64,000 nucleotides of DNA, taken from contig CATNEN010000011.1 in assembly GCA_950097015.1 (NCBI GenBank), forward strand, positions 4,464,001 to 4,528,000. The letters run 5' to 3'. Positions 1 to 10,056 of this stretch are shown here, piece by piece. Source of the DNA: Macrostomum hystrix. Taxonomy: Eukaryota; Animalia; Platyhelminthes. The stretch's first letter is position 1. Every line of letters starts with the position of its first letter. The translations under genes and the position numbers were made by a program. The notes beneath the pieces were generated by a model that searched no databases, had not been told where the DNA came from, and saw only the letters and a program-made list of their open reading frames with translations.

Positions 1-2
1 TA

Positions 3-554
3 GCAATCTTACTAAATATATTTAGCAGGAATCAAAATGTTGCACTGCAAATGATATTTTGGATTTGATACTTCGATCCAGCTTGTAACAACTCGATCCA
101 ACCTCAATCCAACTTCGATCCAACTTCTAACAACTCGATCCAACCTCAATGCAACCTCGATCCAACTTTAATCCAACTTCTAACAACTCGATCCAACCTC
201 AATCCAACTTCTAACAACTCGATCCAACCTCAATGCAACCTCGATCCAACTTTGATCCAACTTCTAACAACTCGATCCAACCTCAATCCAACCTCGATCC
301 AACTTTGATCCAACTTCTAACAACTAGATCCAACCTCAATGCAACCTCGATCCAACTTTGATCCAACTTCTAACAACTCGATCCAACCTCAATCCAACCT
401 CGATCCAACTTTGATCCAACTTCTAACAACTCGATCCAACCTCAATGCAACCTCGATCCAACTTCGATCGAAGTATATTGATTATCGAATATGATGAAGC
501 ATAGCGAAGTGTTATCATATATCCGCCAGTTCTTGTCTTCAGTTTCGTTTATTT
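3..554 (+). repeat. Left terminal inverted repeat: unique outer ~70 bp, array of 10-11-bp modules in a 53-bp higher-order unit, unique inner ~90 bp
   Basis: cttctaacaa recurs at 124, 177, 208, 261, 314, 367 and 420 (53-bp period with one 31-bp unit). Outer gcaatcttactaaatatatttagcagg and inner agtttcgtttattt both match the right arm. Confidence 0.95.
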
Positions 555-1880
555 CTTTTCACACTTTTTCAGGAGAAGCTGCTGAAGAGTTCCTGCGACG
601 CAGACCTTCCGGATCCCGGGCCTGTTTTACCCTGTCCTACGCTGCCGTCTATTGTTGTCTTCTCTCTGTCTGACGGCCAAGCAATTGACACTGTTTGTCA
701 ACGTCTCTGTGCGTGTACTCGAGCTTTTAGTGCCCTGAAGATTCGAGTTCGCGAAGGTTTCCGTCGATGCGGTCACGATCAAGTTGCTGTCGTACAGCTG
801 GTCGCTGATTCGACTAAAGCAGCCTTCCTACACAGTGTTTACGGCAGCGGTGGAAAGTGCCAGGCGGAGCATAGAAGAAACGGAGCTATTTGGTTGCAAG
901 CAGCAGTTCATCCAACAGTTCTAAGTCCGACTGAAAATGCTTCTTTCTCTTCGCGCCGTCAGCCTGCAATTTGGCGCTTGCCTTCAAGTCGGCCGGTACA
1001 GCGTTTGCGTCAACAGGTACTGCACGATATTCGGCAGTTGATTGCTGTCGCCGACATCACTGCGCTCCGAACACTATCTGCTTTTATTCGCTGCTTGTCT
1101 AGCATGCAGCGAATGCCTCAAAGGCGGCGACGACGAACACAGAACGGAAACCAACTGTATGCGGACGAGCGGCAGCAGGAAGAGGAAGAGAGGAAGAAGC
1201 AGCAGCAGGAAGAGGAAGAGAGGAAGAAGCAGCAGGAAGAGGAAGAGAGGAAGAAGCAGCAGCAGGAAGAGGAAGAGAGGAAGAAGCAGCAGGAAGAGGA
1301 AGAGAGGAAGAAGCAGCAGCAGGAAGAGGAAGAGAGGAAGAAGCAGCAGGAAGAGGAAGAGAGGAAGAAGCAGCAGCAGGAAGAGGAAGAGAGGAAGAAG
1401 CAGCAGGAAGAGAGGAAGAAGCAGCAGCAGGAAGAGGAAGAGAGGAAGAAGCAGCAGGAAGAGGAAGAGAGGAAGAAGCAGCAGCAGGAAGAGGAAGAGA
1501 GGAAGAAGCAGCAGGAAGAGAGGAAGAAGCAGCAGCAGGAAGAGGAAGAGAGGAAGAAGCAGCAGGAAGAGGAAGAGAGGAAGAAGCAGCAGGAAGAGGA
1601 AGAGAGGAAGAAGCAGCAGCAGGAAGAGGAAGAGAGGAAGAAGCAGCAGCAGGAAGAGGAAGAGAGGAAGAAGCAGCAGCAGCAGGAAGAGGAAGAGAGG
1701 AAGAAGCAGCAGCAGCAGGAAGAGGAAGAGAGGAAGCAGCAGCAGGAAGAGGAAGAGAGGAAGAAGCAGCTGGTTACAAAGACGAGAAAGCGAAATATGG
1801 AGATACTCAGTCGGACAGATCCCTTAGCTCCAAAACGAGCATTGCGGCAGCGTCTGCAGTTGGTCAAGAATAATCGGTAA
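491..1880 (+). CDS. Putative accessory gene of the transposon (unknown N-terminal domain + long Q/E/R/K charged helix); candidate exon 1 491-508, exon 2 from 573
   Basis: The frame of ORF 894-1880 is open without stops back to 498. A pyrimidine-rich acceptor ttttcag ends at 572. ATGATGAAGCATAGCGAA (491-508) followed by gt would splice in frame. No family recognised; further exons may be interrupted by the LINE. Confidence 0.5.
1171..1769 (+). repeat. Purine-rich coding minisatellite (cagcaggaagaggaagagaggaagaag variants, 24-36 bp) encoding (Q)nEEEERKK
   Basis: Directly visible tandem array, about 20 units. Confidence 0.95.
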
Positions 1881-2076
1881 TAAAATCATATGGTAATGTG
1901 CTTAAAAAGGTATGCTAGTACATTTTTACGTCTCCGTTGCAGGCATCTTAGTAACCCTGAAGTCGTATTTTTCTGACAAAAACGTATCCTACATTTATTT
2001 GTCTAGTTTCAAATCAAGTAATGATGTTTATAAACTTGTCTTCCTACAGTAGTTTATAGTCACTAACTATGTATAG

Positions 2077-5000
2077 ATAAGCTCTATGTACTTCAGACAA
2101 AAGTGTGACAAAAGTCTTGAGGTCCCCAATTGTCTGTGCCTCTATACAGATACAAAATATGCTCTGGTACTAAAAATAAAGCAAAAGCAGTCTGAAGAAC
2201 CCCTGTATATCTTAGGGTGCTATATCCCACCGGAAAATTCTAAATACTACAAAGAAGATATATGGGAGGAGATTAAATATCTCATCCAGCTCTTCTCAAG
2301 AGAGGGCTCCGTATTAACAGTAGGTGACTTCAATGCACGAACTGGCACATTACAGCCCAGCACTAGGGATAAGTTTCCCAGACAGAATCAGGACTCTGAG
2401 AAAAACAAGCATGGATTAAGACTGATGGAAATGTGCTCCGAGACCAAGAGCACGATTCTGAACGGAATGACTCAGGGTGACATTATGGGAAATTACACGT
2501 TTAGTAGCACACTAGGCCGAAGTACCATAGACTACGCTATTGCATCCATGGATAAAGTGGATATTATAAAAGACTTCTTTATTCATCCTCAAAGCTTTCT
2601 GTCCAGACATTGCCCGCTAACAGTCACTCTGATTTTTCCTGATCATGTCCAACCAGAACACGCAAACCAGGAAAAACATGAATCCTTCCCAATGCCTCCA
2701 AGATGGGACACTGAAACGCAGGGAAGTTACATTGAGGCATTGAATAACAAACAAAGCGAAGAAATAATTAGAAAGTTGCAATCTATCGACGCACACGATG
2801 GAAAATCCCTGGAAAATTTGTTCTCGAGCTTGACCAACCTGCTTAGAGACTCAGTGGCAGAAAGCTGCGCAAAGACAATCATTCCGAACAAGTTCTGGAC
2901 AAATCGAGACGAGACACTAAGAAACTTGAGCAAATCATTAAAGTACGTGGCCAGGAAAAAAAGACGTAGACCAACTGACAGCGCGCTGGCATCAGAATAT
3001 AATGGGCTAGCGAAAAAATACAAACAACAGCTCAAGAAACTTAAGCAGATGGACATAAATGACTGCATTCAGAAAATGGCGGCTAACGGAACCTCAAAGG
3101 GATTCTGGTCCGGTCTTAGAAGAGCAGAAGAGTTGCTGTTCCCCAGCAGGAGACTTAACAGATCTCAAGCCCCAATCGCTGACATCGCGGACAACCTAAC
3201 CAAAGTGTTTAACGCACATCCTTTTTCGGGAACCCAGCCGCGTCGCACAGATGAAGCAGTTAGTCCCGAAGATTTAATTAGCTGCGTAGATCTCGATAGA
3301 GCAGTTAAAAAGCTAAAGAGAAGAAAGGCTGCAGGAATAGATGGTATAACAAATGAGCACATTATCTACGGACAAGAGAAGCTAAAACCCGTACTTCTGA
3401 AGCTTTTTAACGCAAGCGTAAGACTCGGCCAGACTCCTGCACAGTGGTCAAATGCCCTAATCACACCGATTTATAAAAAGGGTTCCCGTAGTGACCCCAA
3501 AAACTACAGACCCATAAGCGTGCTGCCTGCCCTGGCTCGCCTGTTTGCCTCACTTATCTATGAAAAGCTAGAAACTCATATTCGCACCCTCGACTTGCTT
3601 TCAGCCAGTCAAATAGGAAATAGAAAGGGCTACCGAACTTCAGACCACATTGCCACTCTCTTGACGTTGATCCACAACAAAAAGCGTCGCAAAAGGCCAT
3701 TTCACTTAGTGTTCTTTGACTTAAAAAGCGCATTTGACATGGTCCACCATCCAACACTTTTCCAACGACTTAGGGAGTTAAAGGTCAGCCCAGAAATAAT
3801 CGAAGCAATACAAAGCATGTACTCAGGAGCTAAATTCCAACTGAAGATCTCAGATGGCCAAGCAACTAAGGCAAGGAGCATAACAAATGGAGTAAGACAA
3901 GGCTGTCCCCTATCCCCTCTACTCTTCTCACTCTATATAGATCCTTTGAGCACAATGCTAAGGGATTCATTTCGCAGCGACACCTTCATTAAAGATGAAC
4001 AAATCAACAACTTGCTATACTGCGATGATTTAGTGATCTTTGGAGAGAATCCTCGAGAGTTGCAGAAGGGCCTCGATAAAGTGTCAGAATTTTGTCAGAG
4101 CCACAAGCTAGAAATCAATATGCAAAAAACTAAGGTTATTAGCTGTTGCCCTGACCCATCAAAGACGGCTAACAAACTATTTCTGCAGGGACAACTGTTA
4201 GATAGCGTCAAAGAATGGAAATATCTTGGCTTTCACATCAATGCTAAAGGAACCGTGGATTCCCATGCCACAGAGATTAACAAAAAATGTGGATATCCTA
4301 TTCTTCTCTTAAGGAAATTAGCCAGCCATGGGGCGGTCAGATACAATCAGCTCATGCTGTACTGCACAGCAATGATAGAAAGCATAGCTCTGTACGCCTC
4401 TGAGGCCTGGGGGGCTTTTGTCTCGTGGAACCTGGGTCCTTGGGACCGCTGTCTTTTTGAAAGAGTAAACATCAGGTGCTGTAAAGCCATACTACAAGTC
4501 AGCCAAAATACGGATGGCAACGGGGCCCGCTCGGAGTTAGGCAGATTGCCTTTATTATACAACATCCAGAAAAGAAGCATTTCGTACTGGGCCTCCATAA
4601 CAAGCCGGCCGGACTCCATAATTTCCAAGTTATTGGCGGACCAAACATACAGTGATGTTGGAATCAAAGCAAAGACCAACAATGAGGTTATGCTGAACTG
4701 CAGAGGCATTAGTCCTGCAAAAGCAATTGGAAACCACAGGAAAAATTTCGTTTCTCAGTTCGATACCCATTGGAGACAAAGGACACAGAACTCAAGCAAG
4801 CTAAGTCACTTCTATTACTCCTTTAAGCAATATTATTCAGCCGAAAAATATTTACAACAAATATACAACCCGGAGTGGAGACGTACCATAGCCTCGTTTA
4901 GACTAGGAAACCATAAGCTAGCTTGCGAAACATTGCGAACTGCGAGACCGAAAATTCCGTATGCAAATAGATTATGTAGTAAGTGCAAAACAGAAGTTGA

Positions 5001-5469
5001 AAACGAGGTCCACTTCCTTTTTAAGTGCACTTGGAATAAGTATAGCGCAGTACGTTCGAAATTTGAGACGGAAGTTTCTGGGAAAACCCCCAATTTCATA
5101 TCCTTAACAGCAGAAGAAAAATCTAACTACATAATGGCTCAAGACGATAGGGAAACCGCTGAAGCTTTAGCAAAATACATCATAGAAATATCTAAAATAA
5201 GGGAACAGCTGCCCTGAGACTACGAGATTTTACTAGCATTCAACAATAGATATTTCATAATTTGTTTTATCCCTGGCGTCCCTTGTGTTTTTACTGCTCT
5301 TATTTTTAATACCTTTGCTTTCCCTTCCCAGCTCGATATTTGATTCCTACTTAACTTCGCTTTTTATGTTGCTTTTCGTTGTTCATTTAAATGTGTTGTT
5401 AAAAAATATATATATAAAAAAATCAGCACCCATAGATGGCGTGCGCGTTTTAATAATAATAATAATAAT
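2077..5469 (+). mobile_element. 5'-truncated non-LTR retrotransposon (LINE; CR1/L2/RTE-X-like, clade not resolved) nested in the DNA transposon
   Basis: Partial APE + RT + C-terminal CxxC..HFLFKC ORF; T-rich 3' UTR ending in an AT-rich tract and (AAT)6 at 5452-5469; boundaries approximate, no TSD found. Confidence 0.85.
2086..5217 (+). CDS. LINE ORF2 (endonuclease C-terminal part, reverse transcriptase, Cys/His tail)
   Basis: YIPP, GDFNART, STIDY, SRH (APE); KAAGIDG, NYRPIS, DLKSAFD, GVRQGCPLSP, YCDD, KYLG (RT); RLGNHKL..CSKCK..ENEVHFLFKC. In-frame TAG at 2074-2076, so the N-terminal APE motifs are absent. Confidence 0.92.
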   Translation: MYFRQKCDKSLEVPNCLCLYTDTKYALVLKIKQKQSEEPLYILGCYIPPENSKYYKEDIWEEIKYLIQLFSREGSVLTVGDFNARTGTLQPSTRDKFPRQNQDSEKNKHGLRLMEMCSETKSTILNGMTQGDIMGNYTFSSTLGRSTIDYAIASMDKVDIIKDFFIHPQSFLSRHCPLTVTLIFPDHVQPEHANQEKHESFPMPPRWDTETQGSYIEALNNKQSEEIIRKLQSIDAHDGKSLENLFSSLTNLLRDSVAESCAKTIIPNKFWTNRDETLRNLSKSLKYVARKKRRRPTDSALASEYNGLAKKYKQQLKKLKQMDINDCIQKMAANGTSKGFWSGLRRAEELLFPSRRLNRSQAPIADIADNLTKVFNAHPFSGTQPRRTDEAVSPEDLISCVDLDRAVKKLKRRKAAGIDGITNEHIIYGQEKLKPVLLKLFNASVRLGQTPAQWSNALITPIYKKGSRSDPKNYRPISVLPALARLFASLIYEKLETHIRTLDLLSASQIGNRKGYRTSDHIATLLTLIHNKKRRKRPFHLVFFDLKSAFDMVHHPTLFQRLRELKVSPEIIEAIQSMYSGAKFQLKISDGQATKARSITNGVRQGCPLSPLLFSLYIDPLSTMLRDSFRSDTFIKDEQINNLLYCDDLVIFGENPRELQKGLDKVSEFCQSHKLEINMQKTKVISCCPDPSKTANKLFLQGQLLDSVKEWKYLGFHINAKGTVDSHATEINKKCGYPILLLRKLASHGAVRYNQLMLYCTAMIESIALYASEAWGAFVSWNLGPWDRCLFERVNIRCCKAILQVSQNTDGNGARSELGRLPLLYNIQKRSISYWASITSRPDSIISKLLADQTYSDVGIKAKTNNEVMLNCRGISPAKAIGNHRKNFVSQFDTHWRQRTQNSSKLSHFYYSFKQYYSAEKYLQQIYNPEWRRTIASFRLGNHKLACETLRTARPKIPYANRLCSKCKTEVENEVHFLFKCTWNKYSAVRSKFETEVSGKTPNFISLTAEEKSNYIMAQDDRETAEALAKYIIEISKIREQLP

Positions 5470-5992
5470 TTACCCTTCCTATATACCCTGATACTTAAAA
5501 TGCACGTCCCTGCTTTCGTTCATTTAATATATACTTTTTGCGAGTTTTTCGACGTTAATTCTATTTTACAAGGACTGATGAACTTTGTTTGACTAAGCTT
5601 GAAAACCTGGTTCAGTTGTTCGCTTTACGTACGGTTCTAGTGTAGTAATTTTTCGCAGTAGCTAATTACGCAATGTTACGCAATAATACATGTTGTACTT
5701 TGAATGTACTTCTTATTAGACAGCTGTCACCTTCACGAAAAAGAAAAATAAATTTATTTGGTGAATGTGCACGTTCGGGTGCCTCAATGAAAAAAAGACT
5801 GAACAAATTGTGATTTCAGTACATTTCAATCAACTTTTACTCTGTGCTTTTCACTAACAAAAGGTGGTAAATGCTATTGATTCAATAAAAAGAAACTGGC
5901 AGTAAATACAGCACGTACACTTGTGCCTTGACACACGTAGCTAACTGTACAACAACTTTTGGAGAAAACGGCTGCCTATAAACAAGAAGAGA

Positions 5993-6080
5993 GGTTGGAT
6001 GGAGTCGTTACAAGCTGGATCAAAGTTGGATTGAAGTTGTTTCACGTTACATTGAGTTGTTAGAAGCTGGATCGAAGTTA
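5993..6080 (-). repeat. Degenerate internal copy of the TIR repeat modules, just downstream of the transposase stop
   Basis: gttacaagctggatcaaagttggattgaag and gagttgttagaagctggatcgaagt match right-TIR modules. Confidence 0.75.
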
Positions 6081-6111
6081 ATATATTCAGAATCGGTCTC
6101 AAATTGTATCG

Positions 6112-9100
6112 CTACTGGCCTGATGTTTCCTCCGAGTTAGTAATCGTGTAAATGTACAGGTTAGCCCTGTTTCCCAGAGGTGGCTGGCGTCCACGCTCTA
6201 CAGCGGCGGTCATGACACCCTTGCTTCTTGCCAAGTCGTCGTATTTAATAGTTCCTGAGGCGTACCAGATGCGGGACAAATAGTGCCCCCCTTCCTTGAA
6301 AGTTGTAGCACGATGTTGATATCTGAAGATTGTGAATTTGCCGTTACAGCATAGAAGTAAAGTTAGCAATGCTTATGTATTAGTGCATGCAAGACAGCGA
6401 TATGTAGAGCCTTTAAAAATGAACTAAGAATACTACGTTTCTCTCTTACTGAATACTGCAGTCCGAAAAGGGGCGAACCACTTGAGAAGGGGCAGCTCGG
6501 CTGGCGCCCAATGGATCAGAGTCTGTGGAGGAGATGACTAGAACCGGTGGAGGGCTGAACTGAAACTTCGGAGCCTGACTTCGACGCACGTGATCGCAGA
6601 CTGAGCACGGCCCATAGGACTCAGAAGAAAGAAAATCTCGCAGATAATCCTCGACTGTGCCTCCAGCTGCACAGTTACTTCCAATAGTGATTGCGTGTCC
6701 ATAGGAAAGTTGCTCTGGATTTGGGCAACGCGGGTTGAGGCACCGGCTTTGATACACTAGTCTGTGCTTTGAACCAAGGAGCTTCATACATACGTCAAGC
6801 TCACTGCCGAAGAGGCCAATTTCGATTTTCTGATTTGTCCTGATGAAACGTTCACTGCTGAATGCGTCGAGTTGAAGAAGAAGCTTTGCTCGTGCATGCA
6901 AAGCTTGCTTCTCGGTGGTGGACTGCGATGCTTCGTTCAGAAAAACTACCAATGGATCCTCAACAATATGTTGGAGACTTGCTTTGAATCCAGGTTCATC
7001 CAGATAGGCTATGGTTAAGGCCGTGAGCAAGTTGTCTGCTGTGCAAGCGTTGTACACGTATACGCTCATAGATCCGCCTCGAGAATCTGGCACACCAGTA
7101 GCCAAACCGGAGTTCCTCAACGTGGCAAATTCCAATGCCTGTCGAGGTGGTCTTCCCTCTAAAGGATAGGTCCTGGAAGTCTACAAGAGAGAAATGGAAC
7201 AGGAACACAAAGTTATCACCGTCTGTTAAATGGCCACCAACTGACGAAACAATAAGCACTGTCCTACGTAGACCATTGTACTTATGGTGTACGTTATGTC
7301 CGTTGCAATAAATGAAATAAATGAAATGTAAAATACATTAATAATAAAGAGTATTATAAAATACAAGAAAATAAATACGTAATGCAATAAATAATGAACA
7401 ATCCACTACTTGCCGACGGTACATAAGCCGGTAGACGACGCTTTTTGTTTACTACAGGTTGCAGCGGGACATCTGCAGGCCGAGCCTGTTGAGAGTTGAC
7501 CATTGGACAAAAGATGTCAGACTTTCGTTTCCGGGTTTTATTCGACAATGGCACCGTTGGCGCACCTTGCTGTGGCTGCGACTCTGACGCTGGTGACGAA
7601 TGCTGCTCTGGCTGCGACTCTGACGCTGGTGGCGAATGCTGCTCTGGCTGCGACTCTGACGCTGGTGGCGAATGCTGCTCTCGCTGCGACTCTGACGCTG
7701 GTGGCGAATGCTGTGGTGGCTGCAGCTCTTCTTCAATATCATCTTCTTCCAAAGAAGTCACACCTGTTACACGGTACATGTCTCTCTTGAACAGAATTTC
7801 GTTCCCATTGTGATGAGAATGGAGCGCCTGGATGAACTCAGAGAGACTGACTTGTTTACTCTCAAAGACACTGTTCTTCATAAGGCCAATCCAGCGCTCC
7901 GTGTGCCCCTCCGTAAATCGTGAACTGCTGGGCATAATGCCGCAGATAAGAGGGAGATACGGAGTGAATGTATTGGTTATGCGTTCAGCCAAAGCCGGAC
8001 ATACATAGGCGTTCAGACTATCAGTAGACTCGTCAAACGGCAGTGCACTCACTTCCAGTTGAACTTCTTGCCGGATTTGTTCAGCCCGCTGCCAGAATGG
8101 GGACCGGCGCATTATGGTTCCGTCTGCATTGACTTCTATTTGTGAAGATTCGTTCGTCTCTTGATCCAGAGTCTCGAACTCGGCACGGACGCTCTCCATG
8201 TTGCTCATTACTCTTAGAAATTTTTTCGGACAACATCCTAGATGCCGATCCATTCTTTCAACTACGGCTTCCGTAGGAGCCATGAGCACAAGGTAGATGG
8301 CTCTCAACAGCCTGTCAGCTGTTTGAATGCTGTCGATCGCTACCATGCACGCCATAGACCGCAGCCAGAACTGTTTGACTGCCCTGTTACTGCAATTGGT
8401 TACTTCCTTCAAGCGAGTCATCTCCTTGACTAGATGACTTCGGCCAAGGCCGATGACAGGAAGGGGATCCCAATCGCTGTCCTTAGTCAAGTGATGAAAG
8501 CATTCTTTGATGTAGAGCGACAGCGATAGACCATGAAAGCAGCCGATGAGTCCGTGTAAAGTGGCAAAATTGAAGTCTGTAACCACCTGCGAAACGCGAA
8601 CTGTTGACAAAAATGTCGTACATTCTCTAAACCAAACGTCCAGGCAAAAGCGCAGGGTGATTCCTGTCTGAGATGTCGATAGAATCTCCAACAATGGCAT
8701 CACTTTCCCACCAACGGTAGGGTTCTGAAGCACCAGAGCGTGATAGTAGATGGGCTTGGTGCAACTGCTGGGGCGCTGATGGATTGGAGCAGCAGTTGAA
8801 TCCATTCCCATACGTATGGGCCAGCCCCTCAGCTGCATCTCCCGTAGACTCTGAAAGGGACGGGAATGGAATAGAATGATGGTCTCGGCCCGACCCTCAC
8901 TCTGGATAACCTTTCTGATATACGCGGGTTGTAGGACCCTCTCAAGTCGGCGCAGTTCTATCAGGTCATCCATGTCTGGAACTCCCAGCTCAGCTCTGCG
9001 CAGTCGCTCAGCTGCAATGCGTAGGGCCTCTGACGAAGGCACCTCACTGAGGGGTTCGTTGGCGGCAATGGCCGCTGCGACCCTGTAAGAGTTCGAAACC

Positions 9101-9992
9101 AGCGTCGATCTCGCGAGCTTATATCGCCGTTCACCAGTCAGCCGCCGACTTCGAGCCGCAGGGTGGTTCTCCAATGGCGCAGTGACTGTCCGGAGTTCCC
9201 ATGATGTCAAACTCGCATCTTTGGCTTCCACAATAAACGTTGCTGGACAGGTAGGCTCGCAGCAGTAGACATGAGCGTAATGAATCCCCGTCTTTCTGCG
9301 AAACTTTCCTACTTTTTTCGCGAGACAGCACGGTTCAACCGAAAGAGCAAAAAGGCGAACCACGTCGCTGAACCAATCTGGCTTTAAAACACCGTCACGG
9401 AGAAGTCCTGCGGGCTCGCTGAAGCTCTGGTGGAAGATAGGCAGAATTGTCGAGGAGGAAGAACTGAAAAGAGATGGTTTTAAAGGAAGACATTGTCAGT
9501 GCCAATGTCATCTGCCAATGACATCTGACTAAATAAAGGGCACGGACAGTTCGCAACAGGCATGCAGAAATAGTACGTGAAACAAAAAGGCTATCTTACA
9601 TGCAGCGCGTCTCATCAGTTGAAGAGTCTGCGTTACATTCAGCTGTTTCGATGGGAACGTCCTCAGAAATGTCCTTGTAATTACGTAGCAGAAATGTATA
9701 GACGTACTTTTTGTTTACATCAGAAGGAGGAACGTGAAAAAATCTGCACAGACGCGGCAAGCGATCGTCATCTGACCGACGATGGCTAGGAAGTGGAGAA
9801 CTAATATACTCCTCAGGGTCAATACCGCACAGCTTGAAGAAATCAAGCAGACTTGAACGAGTCAGTTGCCGTTCTAGAATAAGGAGAGACGAATAAAAAA
9901 CGAATGTACTATACTCGTATAGTATATCAACTACGCCTTTCACGCCCCAGATTCTGAGCCGTTGTAAACTTACTTAAAGAATCATCCGCCAT
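6112..9992 (-). CDS. Spliced MULE/NOF-like DDE transposase with C-terminal USP (C19)-like cysteine protease; predicted exons 9992-9974, 9873-9600, 9463-7423, 7180-6450, 6322-6112 (~1091 aa)
   Basis: Joins ORFs 9596-9943, 7354-9363, 6446-7135 and 6112-6369 with phase-compatible GT-AG introns. Start in ccaccATGg context. Motifs: zinc-finger-like YCCEPTCPATF..NH; D (MDST), D (VTDF), H (RSHLVK), E (TERW); protease NACTADNLL, PPPVLVI, GGHY, KYDD. The 7422-7181 intron is the least certain. Confidence 0.75.
7570..7712 (-). repeat. 36-bp coding tandem repeat (QHSPPASESQPE x4) in the transposase-protease linker
   Basis: gctgcgactctgacgctggtggcgaatgctgctct repeated; visible in the 7354-9363 translation. 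Confidence 0.9.
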
Positions 9993-10056
9993 GGTGGACC
10001 AAAACTGAAAGGTCCTGAAATTGAAATTGAAAGGAGGCGAAACTATAAATAACAAT

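Noticed and set aside
1042-1867. Protamine-like RKRKRGRSS ORF (1042-1827) and poly-S/C/F antisense ORF (1118-1867)
   Set aside because: Alternative frames of the same purine minisatellite. Only the Q/E/R/K frame extends upstream to a plausible acceptor, although the protamine-like frame cannot be formally excluded.
7452-7813. Short ORFs with AATLTLVAN or CCSGCDSD repeats
   Set aside because: Alternative frames of the 36-bp repeat in the transposase.
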